Counted from the stretch's first letter, positions 14,485-28,690 are shown. The stretch: 64,000 nucleotides of DNA from Octopus vulgaris (GCA_951406725.2 OX597827.1:64604001-64668000); one strand, 5' to 3'. The notes: generated from the letters alone by a model not told the origin. Numbers and translations: made by a program.

Positions 14485-15225
14485 CAATATGGAAACAAGG
14501 GATGGAATGTGAGCGTATCTTTATGATCCGAAAAGTAATCTTGAGTTCATGGAATGACGTCACACTTATTCAAGGCAAGTCCAAGTGCCAGCAATTGGCA
14601 CTGAAGTTTCTGGTGATTGTTTTGGGGGTGGCAACGGCTTTAATTTTCGTTAATCATGCTAAAGCACATGGCTTCGCTGTACGATGAACAGCGAGAATCA
14701 CATTGAGACTCAACAGACTTAGAAAAGCCATTTGGTGGAAGAAACAAAGCGTGAGTCAGAGAACAATCCACATTAACCATGACTATACACTACCTTACAC
14801 ATCTTTGGTAACAAATCAACTGTTTGGTCCAATGAAGAACAATCTTGGGGGACTTAGATTTGATGACAGAGACGCAGTAAAAGTTGTGAAGAAATGAGTA
14901 CAACAGTACCCATTTTCAACGGCGGTGAAAATGTGATGAGTAGTATCTTATTTCATTATTGCCCACAAGGGGCTAAACATAGAGGGGACAAACAAGGACA
15001 GACAAAGGGATTAAGTCGATTACATCGGCTACAGAGCGTAACTGGTACTTGATTTATCGACCCCGAAAGGATGAAAGGCAAAGTCGACCACGGTGGAATT
15101 TGAACTCTGAACGTAACGGCAGACGAAATACGGTTACGCATTTCGCCCGGGAGCTAACGTTTCTGCCAGCTCGCCACCTTTTATGATGAATAGTATCTTT
15201 GTATGGAGGAAGAGGCTCTCTGTCA
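14485..15225 (+). pseudogene. Decayed mariner transposase (catalytic region), interrupted by a SINE
   Basis: Patches YLYDPKS..MEW-like, LNRLRKAI, HINHDYTLPYTS (HDNA.PHT-like), LFGPMKNNLGGLRF. Confidence 0.7.
14950..15183 (-). mobile_element. tRNA-head SINE with Meta-like core and 16 bp TSD
   Basis: Core gcctttcatcctttcggggtcgataaa..agtaccag; TSD tgatga(g/a)tagtatctt at 14934-14949 and 15184-15199. Confidence 0.88.
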
Positions 15226-15261
15226 GCATATACAATTTGAACGACCTATATTAACTAATAG

Positions 15262-15522
15262 TGGAGACACGTGGCTTAGTGGTTAGGGTGTCAGCATCAT
15301 GATCGTAAGATTGTGGTTTCGATTCCTGGACCGGGCGACGCGTTGTGTTCTTGAGCAAAACACTTCATTTCACGTTGCTCCAGTTCACTCAGCTGGCAAA
15401 AATGAGTAACACTGCGATGGACTGGCGTCCCGTCCAGCTGGGGAACACATACGCCATTGAAACCGGGAAACCGGGCCCATGAGCTTGGCTAGGCTTTAAA
15501 AGGGCGCATTTATCATTTATTT
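15262..15522 (+). mobile_element. tRNA-derived SINE with V-domain-like centre
   Basis: A box tggcttagtgg, B-box-like gtttcgattcc, gcgatggactggcgtcccgtccag. Confidence 0.8.
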
Positions 15523-15531
15523 ATTCTTACA

Positions 15532-15694
15532 CTAGCAGTATCGCCGGGCGTTACTCGGGTTTGTTTCGACCCCTTAGAATTGGAATTTTTGAAAAGTAAA
15601 AAATTTGCATTAAGCAGCTTGTTATTTCTCTTTTAGTGAACCTTTTCTGTTTGAAATACACCACAAAATGGCGACACAGCAGTCAAAAAATCGT
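15532..15694 (-). mobile_element. Helitron 3'-end fragment
   Basis: Minus strand GC-rich hairpin then CTAG; matches 59982-60120. Confidence 0.75.
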
Positions 15695-16746
15695 CCCGTC
15701 CAGCTGGGGAATACATACGCCATTGAAACTGGGAAACCTGGCCCATGAGCCTGGCTAGGCTTTACAAGGGCGCATTTATTTATTATTTATATCAACTAAT
15801 AAAAAGCTGTGCTCACTTTAGCTTTACTTTCGCTACAACACACGTATATAAGTTTGTGTATTAGTTGAAAGAGAGAAGTTATTAAAAAAGAGGAAACATT
15901 TTAAGCTGTCTAAGCTGTCTTTCAAAACATTTGTTTTTAAAATGAGAGAAAAATGAACAAACTCAAATACAAGAGATTAATACAGAATATAACGTACGAG
16001 AATATGGAGTAAAATAGTTATAAAATAGAACAAAAATACAAGTTTAAGAAACTCTGAAAACAAATAAAAAATTTACAAAATTAAAACGAAACAAAATGTC
16101 TGTGAGATACACAAAAAAAAAGAAAAAAAAATGAAAATGAAGTAGTGAAAATAGTGGAGAATGATAGAAAAAGTAAAACTTCTGGAACTTAAAAATATTA
16201 GAAAAATTATAATGATAAAAATGTAAAATTAAAGTCAAACAAATATATATATAAAATGAGTTTAAATAAACAGGAAAAAAAATTAAGAATGATTTAAAAA
16301 ATGTCTTTGTATATTTAATAAAAGACAAATTGTAAAGTATTTAAAGAAAAAACGAGAAATAAATCAAAGAATGTAGACGAATTATGAAAATTGAAAGAAA
16401 AACGTGTGTCTGTGAGGTGTGTGATGACGTATTGTGCCTCCGGCTCTTATGTATTTCTTATAACCATTACGTTAAAATTCTATCTATTACTTTCACGAGT
16501 GGAAAAGTGACATGTTGTTTTCTAATATTGTTGTACGAGGTCAAATGTTTTAGACGAAATAGAGGAAGGAGTAACAGTCGACCAAATCGATCCAGTACTT
16601 GATTGGTGATTATTTTATCGAATTTCATATCCACAGAAAACTGAAAGGTAGAAACCAATCATAGTGATATTTTTACTAACGGAAAAAGCAGAACCCGCAA
16701 AAAGATTTCTAGAGAAAGATATTTCGTCTTCCTTTCAAATACTTTC

Positions 16747-17132
16747 TGTTTCAGTCATTTGACTGTGGCCATGCTGGAGCACCGCCTTAAGACGAGCAAA
16801 TAACCCCATGTATGTATGTATGTATGTATGTATGTATGTATGTATGTATGTATGTATGTATGTATGTATGTATGTACGTATGTATGTAGTTACGTATGTA
16901 TGTATTTGGGCATGTGTATATACACCTGCATGCATGTATGTATGTACGTACGCTAGCATGTATGTATGCACGCACGTAGTACTTATTCTTTGTAAGCCTA
17001 GTACTTATTCTATCGGTCTCTTTTGTTGAACCACTAAGTTACGGGGACGTAAACACACCAGCATCAGTTGTCAAGCGATGTTCGGGGGACAAACACAGAC
17101 ACACAAACATATACACACATACATACATACAT

Positions 17133-17196
<64 letters not shown>

Positions 17197-17359
17197 GACG
17201 GGCTTCTTTCAGTTTCCGTCTACCAAATCCACTCACAAGGCTTTGGTCGGCTCGAGGCTATAGTAGAAGACACTTGCCTAAGGTGCCACGCAGTGGGACT
17301 GAACCCGGAACCATGTGGTTCGTAAGCAAGCTACTTACTACACAGCCACTCCTACGCCT
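16747..17359 (-). mobile_element. CORE-like tRNA SINE, full length, with internal microsatellites
   Basis: tRNA-like head, ccttaggcaagt core-like motif, (TA)n/(CA)n linker, second module and LINE-derived tail; many copies in window. Confidence 0.85.
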
Positions 17360-18059
17360 CTAATATTCTAACTAATTTTCACCAATTTAGCTGTAATAAC
17401 GGTTTCAAATTTTGGCACAAGGTCAGCAATTTTAGGGGAGGGGGTAAACCAATTATATTGAGTCCTACCTGTGTGGACTGCAGCAACGTAAAATGTAGTG
17501 TTTTGGTCAATAATACAAGGCGGCACCTGGTCAAGAAATCGAACCCACAACGTCACGATCGTGAGTGCAACACAACTATTATGAAAAGCGTCTTCACACA
17601 CATATGTATGCATGTAAGTATGTAGTTATGTATGTATGTATGTATTTGTGTATGTGTATATACCCCTGCATATATATATATATATGTATGTATCTTTTTG
17701 TGCATGTTTATATACGCCTGCATGTATGTATGCATGTATGTATGTATGTATGTATGTATGTACCATGTATGTATGTATGTTCCATGTATGTATGTAATAC
17801 GTATGTATGTATTTGTGTATGTGTATATAGGCCTGAATGTATGTATGTATATTCCATGTATGTATGTAATACGTATGTATGTATTTGTGTATGTGTATAT
17901 ACGCCTGCATGTATGTATGCATGTATGTATGTAATTACGTATGTATGTATTTGTGTATGTGTATATACGCCTGCTTGTATGCATTTATGCATGTATGTAT
18001 ATATGTATGTATGTATTTGTGTATGTGTATATACGCCTGCTTGTATGTATATATGTATG

Positions 18060-18093
<34 letters not shown>

Positions 18094-18825
18094 TGTATAT
18101 ATGTATGTATGTATGTACGCAAGCATGTATGTATGCACGCACGTAGTACTTATGTACGTATGTATGTATACGATGGACTTTCACAATTTCCGTCACCCTG
18201 ATTCACTTACTAGGTATTAGTGGGTACGACTTTGTAGTTGAAAACACCCAAGTTGGCGTGCAATGGGACTGATCCTGAAGTCATGTGTTTGCAAAACCAC
18301 CAGAACTATGTATTGAAAACCCCGCCCCAAAACACAAAAGCATATTAGCGAAATAGATTTAAGATAACTAAAGATAAAAGTAAAAACAAGGAACAAGGAA
18401 ACTAAGTGAAAACAGATTTGTGTGTGGGGACATCACACTTGTCAATGTTGTCATCTCCATAAGCAACCTGATGCCTACATGTCTCTAATCGATACGTTAA
18501 TTCGAAATCTTTCTTATCAATATGTCAATTCCATAGATTGTTAATCAATCTCTTAATTCTGCTATTTCAATGAAATGCTTTTTTTTGTTTTCTTAATTTT
18601 TGAGCGGTGGAGCGATATATTAGTTTTTTTTCTGTCATTAGAAAACAAAAGACAATTATTTTAAAAGGATTGTATCGATCTTCATCAATCGACTAGAATT
18701 TAATTTATCGACCCGGCCCCTGAAGGACTCAAGATAAAGTCGATCTAGATGGGATTAGCGTTGAGGTAATGATTAGAGAAAATGATTAGAGAAAATCATC
18801 GTACAATGCATTTTATCCAAAGTCC

Positions 18826-19240
18826 TTATTTCTTTATTGCCCACAAGGGGCTAAACATAGAGGGGACAAACAAAGACAGACAAAGGGATGAAGTCAATTA
18901 GGTAGACCCCAGTGCGTAACTGGTACTTAATTTATCGACCCCGAAAGGATGAAAGGCAAAGTCGACCTCGGCGGAATTTCAACTCAGAATGTAACGGCAG
19001 ACGAAATACCTATTTCTTTACTACCCACAAGGGGCTAAACATAGAGAGGACAAACAAGGACAGACAAATGGATTAAGTCGATTACATCGACCCCAGTGCG
19101 TAACTGGTACTTATTTAATCGACCCCAAAAGGATGAAAGGCAAAGTCGACCTCGGCGGAATTTGAACTCAGGACGTAACGGCAGACGAAATACCACTAAG
19201 CATTTCGTCCGACGTGCTAACGTCTCTGCCAGCTCGCTGC
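18826..19240 (-). mobile_element. Meta-like SINE head-to-tail dimer
   Basis: Two units joined at acgaaatacc|tatttcttta (19010/19011). Confidence 0.88.
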
Positions 19241-19603
19241 CTATCCAACGTTCTATCGGTTTACCTGCTGAGTCGTTCCTGTATCCGATGCGTGCTCATT
19301 CATCATTCAACAGACATGGTTATTTCATTAAGAAGTTTGCTTCTTAACCACATAATTCCGGGTTCAGGCCTCCTGCATGGGACCTTGGGTAAATGTTTTC
19401 TACTATAGCCCTGAGCTGGTCAAAGTCTTATCAGGGGATTTTGTAGACTAAAACTGAAAGAAGCTCATCATCCCCATCACCACTTTCTACCCGACGCTGG
19501 TTTGTTTTCATTCATGAAACCTAGCCGTTCGGCATCTGGTAGGAATAGTAACTAAATTCAGAGCTAAACTTACATCTAACCACTTTAATATCTTTTACCA
19601 TTT

Positions 19604-20258
19604 ATCTTTTACTCGTTTCAGACTATGGACTGTGGCCATGTTGGAGCATGACCTTGAAGCGTTTAGTCGAACAAATGGACCCCAGTGCTTATTTGTTAAA
19701 GCCTTGTACTTATTCTATCAGTATCTTTTATCGAATCGTTAAGTTACAGTAGATGTAGAGAAAACAAAACCGGTTTTCAAACGGTGGTGGGAACAAACAA
19801 ACACACACACACACATACACACACACACACATAAATATATTATACACGCCAGGCTTCTTTCAGTTTCCGTCAACAAAATTCACTCGCAAGGCATGCGTTC
19901 GTTCCCGAGCTACGCTAGAAAACACTTGCTTGAAGTGCCGCGAGGTGGACTGAACCCAAGGCCACCTGCGGGGTCATTCCGAAAAGCTCTACCTGCGACG
20001 ATTTCATCTCAATCGAAGGAGAGGAGCTTTCTCCGTCCGGGTTGCGGATCCGTGGAACAAGCTGCCAGACGAGATGGTGAAGATGCCGACGACCGCTTTG
20101 TTCAAAGCCTCCCTGGACCTCAAGTAGCCTGAACTCTTTACATGAACACCACCCTGTACTTAACTCCATGTCCCCCTACATGGCCTTGCTATTTGCTTTT
20201 GAGCCAAATTAACTAACTAACTAACTAACTAAGTTTCCTTACCAGACAGTCACTTCTG
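19604..20258 (-). mobile_element. Decayed CORE-like SINE, interrupted by a CR1 fragment
   Basis: Collinear with 16747-17359 on both sides of 19968-20233. Confidence 0.7.
19968..20233 (+). mobile_element. CR1-type LINE 3' end with (TAAC)n tail
   Basis: RGHSEKLYLRRFHLNRRRGAFSVRVADPWNKLPDEMVKMPTTALFKASLD fits the CR1 C-terminal pattern. Confidence 0.85.
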
Positions 20259-20680
20259 AGCATTATTTTGAAAAGCACACGGTCTAAAGTCTAAAGTACA
20301 CTGTTCCTCAAAATAAGGCGAGGTGGTCATTTTTTGAATGCTTTTTATTATAAGTCTACTCTTTTAGATCGGCACATTTCAAATTCATAATCATAGTAGT
20401 GCTCTTAGACTCTAACTATAAAATGTGTTCTGACAGAAAGTTTGGAAACAGAAATATGTACAGGAAGAAATTTAAATTTAAATATAGACGCGAATAAATT
20501 ATAAAAATAAAGAGAGATATATCTGGAAAACTAAAAAATAAAATAGCGAAAAGGGATGTCAAACTAAGAAGTAGATTATGTTGACAACAACGAATACATA
20601 GGCAAAATAGCTTGTATAAACTATTTTAATGAAACAATCGGAAACATTACAAATATCCACATGTATATATATACATACAT

Positions 20681-20732
<52 letters not shown>

Positions 20733-20734
20733 TA

Positions 20735-20773
<39 letters not shown>

Positions 20774-20774
20774 G

Positions 20775-20805
<31 letters not shown>

Positions 20806-20927
20806 TATACATACCTACACACACATATATACCTATATATATACATATGTATACATATATACATATATTTACATATATTTATGTTCCTATACATATATAT
20901 ATATACACATATTTATATACTCACATA

Positions 20928-20971
<44 letters not shown>

Positions 20972-21627
20972 TGTATATATATTTATATGTACATATGTAT
21001 GGGGGTATGTATGTATAAGGAAAAAGAAAAAAAACTACAAAGAGAAACGCAATTATCAAAGATCCTGCCTGTACATCAAATGTGACAGCATGTCAGAGGA
21101 TATTACCAGGATGAAAAAAGAAATATTAAAAGCTGACGTTGCTTATTACCTCCCTTTGGAAGAGGGGAACTTTTCGCAGTTGAAAGTAAATAAGTATATG
21201 GCGGATCTACAAAAGAAATGAGAAAAAAGAAAGAGAATATCAGTTGTATACAACAAAGAAATCTTCCAATTCGAAAAGATGAAAAAATTATTCGACGTAA
21301 ACAGATGGAACCAGATCCTTTATGTAACTGCCAGCTTTATTTTCATTGAAAATGGATATAACTTACGAAAATTGCCTTGAAGAAAAAAAAGAAAATAGAC
21401 AAAAGAAAACGCAACAAAAAAAAAAACAAAGCAACGAACCAAAAACATGAAAGTCCAAAATAGAAGGGGACAAGAAATAAAATAAAATATAATATAAAGA
21501 TGAAAAAGTGGGGGAGAACCTTTATATTTCTTCCTGTCAAATCTGCAGAGAGCAGATGGTAGATAATACCAGAGAGTGACAAAAATACAGTATTTAAAAA
21601 GATAAACTACACAGCATCGAGATATAA

Positions 21628-21815
21628 TCTCTTTACTTGTTTCAGTCATTTGACTGTGGCCATGCTGGAGTACCGCCTTTTAGTCGAGCAAATCGACCCC
21701 AGGACCTATTCTTTGTAAGCCTAGTACTTATTCTGTCGGTCTCCTTTTGCCGAACCGCTAAGTTACGGTTGTCATGCGATGTTGGGGGGGGGGGACACAC
21801 AGAACGCAAACATAT

Positions 21816-21868
<53 letters not shown>

Positions 21869-22025
21869 TTACGGGCTTCTTTCAGTTTCCGTCTACCAAA
21901 TCCCCTCACAAGGCTTTGGTTGGCCCAAGTAGAAGACACTTGCCCAAAGTGCCACGCAGTGGGACTGAACCCGGAACCATGTGGTTGGTAAGCAAGCTAC
22001 TTACCACACAGCCACTCCTACGCCT
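21628..22025 (-). mobile_element. CORE-like tRNA SINE
   Basis: Collinear with 16747-17359. Confidence 0.85.
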
Positions 22026-22580
22026 ATGTGTCTTCTAGCATATATTCTACATACACAGAATAAAACTTCAACTAAGAGTGAGAAAATTTATTTGAAAACC
22101 TTAACTTCTTATGTCAGCTAATATAATGAGCATCCCGCCAGAATACAGAAATGTTAACAAGGGATCATAACCGGGTAAAAACAAAAATGCGCGACACACT
22201 ACCCGTGAAGAGATATTGTAGAAAACCAACGTAGAGCATAATGGAGACATACGATCGTAAGCGAAAAAATCACACGCAAAAAATAGTTTCATTTCCTTTC
22301 GTTTTTCTTGACTATATATTTCTCATAAAATAGCGTATAAAGCATGCATGACATTGCATTGGTTATCAAGGCGTAATACAGAACGATAACATGTGCAGAA
22401 CTTGCTCGCGTCTTCGGAATGTATTCGTACTAGGTCCAGGTATGACTGTTTGGTTAAGAATCTCGCTTTGTAACCTCATGGTTTTGGGCTCCCTTCCACT
22501 TAGTTGCACTTTGAAAAAGTATCTTTTACTATAAACACTTGTGAGTGAATTGGATAGACAGAAACTGTGTAGAGGCAGTC

Positions 22581-22661
<81 letters not shown>

Positions 22662-22737
22662 TGTTGTGTGTGTGTGTGTGTGTGTGTGTATAATTTAGAG
22701 AAAAACCACTATTAAACAATTCAATAAAGAAAGATGA

Positions 22738-22874
22738 TATTCACACCACATAGAAAACATATACTATAAACAAATCTTATTTGAAATCAATAAAGTACAA
22801 TAAATAGTAAATTGTACTTTATTGATTTAAAATAAGGATTTTTTATGATATATGTTTTCTATATGGTGTGAATA
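22738..22874. repeat. AT-rich fold-back, about 62 bp arms
   Basis: tattcacacca..aaagtacaat / attgtacttt..tggtgtgaata. Confidence 0.85.
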
Positions 22875-22880
22875 ACACAG

Positions 22881-23020
22881 GTTGTAATTTAGTCATCCAC
22901 AGTGTGATAATATTTCGGAATAAAATTCCTTCTTCAGATATTCTTACCCCATCTAAGAATATCTGAAGAAGGAATTTTATTCCGAAATATTATCAATACT
23001 ATGGATGACTAAATTACAAC
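22881..23020. repeat. Fold-back (about 66 bp arms) with a hammerhead core in each arm (22961-22993 +, 22907-22939 -)
   Basis: at-CTGAAGA-a-GGAAT ttt ATTCC-GAAA-ta-TT-at; stem I only 2 bp. Confidence 0.75.
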
Positions 23021-23091
23021 AGGTAAATAACCCACTGTCTGTATTATAGTGGATTGTTTTACCATTCAAAACTTTTTTATTCTTTATATAT

Positions 23092-23475
23092 GGAAGCACT
23101 CCGTCGGTTACGACGACGAGGGTTCCGGTTGATCCAAATCAACGGAACAGCCTGCTCGTGAAATTAACGTGTAAGTGGCTGAGCATTCCACAGACACGTG
23201 TACCCTTAACGTAGTTCTCGGGGATATTCAGCGTAACACAGAGAGTGACAAGGCCGGCCCTTTGAAATACAGGTACAACAGAAACAGGAAGTAAGAGTGA
23301 GAGAAAGTTGTGGTGAAAGAGTACAGCAGGGATCACCACCATCCCCTGCCGGAGCGTCGTGGAGCTTTAGGTGTTTTCGCTCAATAAACACTCACAACGC
23401 CCGGTCTGGGAATCGAAACCGCGATCCTATGACCGCGAGTCCGCTGCCCTAACCACTGGGCCATTGCACCTCCAC
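23092..23475 (-). mobile_element. tRNA-derived SINE (a further family)
   Basis: Minus strand tggcccagtggttagggcagcggactcgcggtc...ggtttcgattccc head. Confidence 0.78.
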
Positions 23476-24034
23476 ATTCTTTATATATATATATGTGTGT
23501 GGTTAACAATCAATAGCGTATCAGAGACACCATGAGACGCAGGCGCGTTGGTTTTTGCATGTGGTTCTGTACATCATGCCTGACTTTGAAATTCTTGCAG
23601 CCCGTATGAATAAAATGAGTAATGCATTAAATGTTGGAAACATTAATCAACACAAACTCTTCAACAAGCTATAATATATAGGCAGACTATTATAAATAAA
23701 TGCAAGAGAAAGTGTATGGGTATTCATCTGTGAATTTGTGACAATTATTTACTTTCGCGTGTAACCTTCTGAATGTGCTTATGTGTGTGTTTATGTGTAG
23801 GAATATGTATGAGATCGCTTCTTGTTATGAAATTCTATATGTTTAGCTTTATTCACGTGTATTAGCATGCTTGTATGTGTGTACAAATAAATAAAAGTGT
23901 AAATTCTCTATGAGCAATACAAAAAACCCCCCCAAAAAACAGTTATATGCATTAGAAGTGGTTGCCTTCTATCCTTCTTGCTATCTGACTGTCAGTCTAT
24001 CTGTGTGAGTATCCGTCTATATCTATAGATATTT

Positions 24035-24066
<32 letters not shown>

Positions 24067-24240
24067 ACACACAAACGCACACACACACACTCACACACAC
24101 ACGCACACACAAATGCACGCACATATTCAAACACACTCATACACATTCTCATACATATATATCTTCACAGTACACACTTCTACGTACATGTGCATGTATA
24201 CACATACTATATATAAGCATACATACATACATATGTACAC

Positions 24241-24307
<67 letters not shown>

Positions 24308-24373
24308 CATCTATATAGATAAACATATGCATGTACATTTACATGTCACACACCCATAGTTACACACATTTGC

Positions 24374-24436
<63 letters not shown>

Positions 24437-24990
24437 CGTGTGTGCACGATATGTGTCTGTGTAACTATATACCCACATGCACACACACACACAGACACAC
24501 GCACAGACATATATATTTATATGTATATATATTTATACGAAAATATGTACGCACAGCTACATTTAAGCAACCACAAATGTACAGCCATTTTTGTAAATGA
24601 ATAGGGAATGGAATCCGTGCCTGATGCAAAATAGAGAATATTTCATAATTTAGCAAGCTAAGCAAAAAAAACAAAAAAACAAAAAAACAAAGAACAAAAA
24701 GAAAAACAAAAGAAAAGGCACTTTTCGCATTTGAATGGGCGGACATGCTTTATTTCTGCAAACAATATTGCATTGTGTATGTTAGCATTTTTCATATTTT
24801 TCAATGATATTCTCAGTACACCCTTTCTCATCTGCTTTACATACATTTTCGTCATATACGTTTGCATGTATATACATTTCTTCCCCTCCCTCCCTCCCCT
24901 TCTCTGTATATATATATGTATGTATATATACATATGTGAGTGTATTTATATATATATATATATATATATATGCTTACATATATACATGTA

Positions 24991-25045
<55 letters not shown>

Positions 25046-25225
25046 ACAATATAAACACACATGTGCATATATATATACATGTATATGCATATACACACAC
25101 ATAATTGGTATACATATATATAAGCAGATATATATATATTTTCGTATACATATATGATCATATATATATATATATGGACATGCAATTTTCAATTTCACTA
25201 TATATATATATGCCTTCAAATATGC

Positions 25226-25272
<47 letters not shown>

Positions 25273-25627
25273 CATGTATATATATGTATAAATACGCACA
25301 CACACGCATACACGTATACATTAAGCCATGTATAGAAATATACATGGTTGTATGTTGCTTCGTGTGCGTTTTATAAATTATGCAAAACTACTTTTGTTCC
25401 CTTGGAGACAGTATACATAACGATATAAAATTATTTCTCCACAATAGTGTTTGTTTGCACAAAGACAAATTAACGCTTACGTGGGTGTTTGGTAAATGTA
25501 CTTGAGTACCACAGATCCCTGAGGAGTTTATTGAAACAGTTGCTTCTGTTTAGACTATTGACATATTTCCTTCTTCAGTGGTGCTGTATAAAATATGCAC
25601 TATTGTTAGATTTGTGTCCTTATTTTC

Positions 25628-25704
<77 letters not shown>

Positions 25705-25715
25705 ATATCTATCTT

Positions 25716-25788
<73 letters not shown>

Positions 25789-25835
25789 ATATCTCTATCT
25801 ATCCATCTATCTATCTGTCTATCTATCTAGCTATA

Positions 25836-25929
<94 letters not shown>

Positions 25930-26314
25930 TGTATCTACCTACTTCCCTATCTTTCTATGTATGTATGCATGTATATATGTATGTATGCATGTATGTATGT
26001 ATGTATGTATGTATGTATGTATGTATGCATTATGTATGTATGTATCTATCTATCTCTCGATATTCTATGATATATTCACCAACTGCCTTCTACTCTTCGT
26101 GCATTGCAATGTACTTTCAAGCAACCGGCCATGATAGTAGCAAATGACAAATATAACATTGGCAAAAAAAAAATGCGTCAATCTTTATAGTTTTATTGAT
26201 TACAAAAAGCACAGATAACGACAGAAGATATCAGCCTAATACCCGATCATATCCTACGCAGTGTTTTGCCTGTATTTTGCTTGTTACTTATAAATAACGT
26301 ATTTATATATGAGT

Positions 26315-26545
26315 GTTGCCTTCGAAATGCGGAGTTGATGAAACAGGAACAACTGATGCAGAGGAATATTCTTTATGTTGCATGTCTCGTTTCTCTGTTT
26401 GTTTTATCGTTGTTCGCAAAAAAGTTCGTTTTCTATGGCTTTGTTTTTATGTTTTCGTTTCTCATTGCGTTCAACGTTTTTTATGATGTCCTGTACCCAT
26501 ATATGCATGTATATATATACATATATATATGTAGGTATGTACATA
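26315..26545 (+). repeat. Interspersed repeat in a TA-rich context; inverted homolog at about 44585-44805
   Basis: Reverse-complement similarity along about 220 nt. Confidence 0.75.
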
Positions 26546-26696
26546 TATAATTATGTATATATGAATATATTTATATATTATTTATATTATTATATGTATA
26601 TATGTATAGGTATGCACATATATGTATGTGTATATGCCTATATTTATATATTACATATATTATTATATGATCGAACGTCACGCATCCCTTTCGAAG

Positions 26697-26727
<31 letters not shown>

Positions 26728-27084
26728 TATATATATGCATATATATGTATATTTGTGTGTATATATAAGTATATGTACAATATATATATGCATATATATG
26801 TATATTTGTGTGTATATATAAGTATATATATAATATATACACACATATATAATATATGTATATATATATATATATAAATATGTGTGTCTGTGTATATAAG
26901 TATACACCTATAAAAGGCATAATTATGGTTAGTGACTGATATGAAGATATATACACGATCTCTATATTGATTCTTACAAATGTTCGTGCATAAATATGCA
27001 TATATATACATATATATACATTTATATATTATATATATTATGTATATGTATGTATGTATGTATATTGTTATGTGTATATATATA

Positions 27085-27156
<72 letters not shown>

Positions 27157-27234
27157 ATATTTATATGCAAGGGAAGAAAATATTGGATATATCTTTCGGT
27201 ATTAACTGACATGTGTTATTCAAATTGCACATAT

Positions 27235-28690
27235 TGTTGGAGTGACTATTCCCGTATACAAACGTAATACTCAACGTAGTCTTCAAGAAAACTAATTTCT
27301 TTGCGCCTGCACTGAACCCAATCCTCCAATATTCTTCGAAGAAAAACATTTGTATTGATCAGCAAGTCATCGTTCCTGAAGAATATTCGTCACTGGACTG
27401 AACAAGATAAATTTAAATGTCACCAGACCTGGGCTGCCTGGCAAATGGCCGAACCATTGACCAGCCCAATTAGCGAATTGTGCAATATATGACTAAAGAT
27501 GTATGTGATAATGCATTGCTAGAGTGAATGGGGATCGTTTTCTGATCCTCCTGCACCGGTTCGCCTTAATATTTATCTAAGCATTTTAGGTGTCCCAATG
27601 AACCGTTCACCATTCTTCGTGCAGTCACGAGCGGCATTTTTGCTATCCTTCTGAAGAATCTGTATGATTTTCTGTGCCGATCGCTGGTTCCTAAGTTTCC
27701 TAGACCATGAGGGAATATATTTCTTTATTTACCTATGAAAAGGTTTACATAGAGGGGACGTTACAAGGGCAGACATGGGATATGTAGGGTACAGACACGC
27801 TTCTTATATACAAGATGAAAAGACAGATGGATTTACATATACGGATGGGAGTTAAAAATATACGTGATGATTGGATGGAATTTGGGTTCCGGGTTAGTGA
27901 ATTAACCCGCCGGTTGGTTATCCCTTTTGGTAATCTTTTCCTTTCTTTTATGCCCTAACCGACCGTGCAAGCACAGCCTCGTGCATTCCCACCTTTCTTA
28001 CCACTGTCATCCATCTTTTTCCAAACGCTCTTGGCGACAGGCTCCTCCTCTCTAGACGGATCTTGCTAGACATTGCTGACCGTGAGGGAATAAGTTTGGC
28101 GTCATTACTTGACTAAACTTCTTGTCCAGATTGTAAAAATACACCTGCATTACATACCCTATCACCAGATTGTGAATATGTGTATTCATTGACTTCAAAT
28201 GCTTCTAGCAGACCAGAACAAACTTACGCTTTTCTCTCCTTCAAATCAGGTGACAAAAACTGAGACTGACTTTGCTCGCACTTTCTGATAGCCAAAGTTT
28301 TCTATTATCTACGTGTATTGCGCTGTGAATGCAGTTTATTTGTGCAGTTAATCCACGTATAGTGATTCATCTTCCGCGTGATTCAATCCGTCTATAATCT
28401 GGTTATTAGTGTCAGCGGTCGCAAAAGATGGTCTCATAGTATGGTTGGTCATAAATGCTGGTTTCCCCTTCTTTAAATTTCCTCATCAATTTGTACACTA
28501 TGACGTTATCTCTGTAAACAAACTGTAGCCTTCTGTGGATGTCAGACATCCTGCACTACTCCTTCGACAAGAATTCAATGACTGCGTGCTGTTAATGCTT
28601 GGAACCCATTATCTGCCTTCGCTGAAGCCGAATAAAAAGGAGTTACTATAGAAGATGTATTATTCTACCAATACGTATATGCAATTTCAA
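27235..28690 (-). pseudogene. Decayed mariner transposase, interrupted by a Tx1 fragment
   Basis: Minus-strand patches KFKEGETSI.D, GYQKV, RKLRNQRSAQKI, NA.SHTS, DYVE. Confidence 0.7.
27718..28077 (-). mobile_element. Second Tx1-like family, 3' fragment with 15 bp TSD and no TATC tail
   Basis: KIRLERRSLSPRAFGKRW resembles [18 protein letters not shown] of copy B; TSD gacc(a/g)tgagggaata at 27703-27717 and 28078-28092. Confidence 0.8.

Noticed and set aside
13687-14563. Poly-I, poly-N and poly-L ORFs
   Set aside because: (ATT)n microsatellite
15262-15335. tRNA-like sequences here and at 23400-23475 and 34855-34930
   Set aside because: They run into SINE bodies without a terminator; SINE heads rather than tRNA genes
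21040-21340. Coding-looking stretch, also 41050-41700 and 9420-9660
   Set aside because: No recognisable motif by eye; may be very old transposon debris; needs a translated homology search
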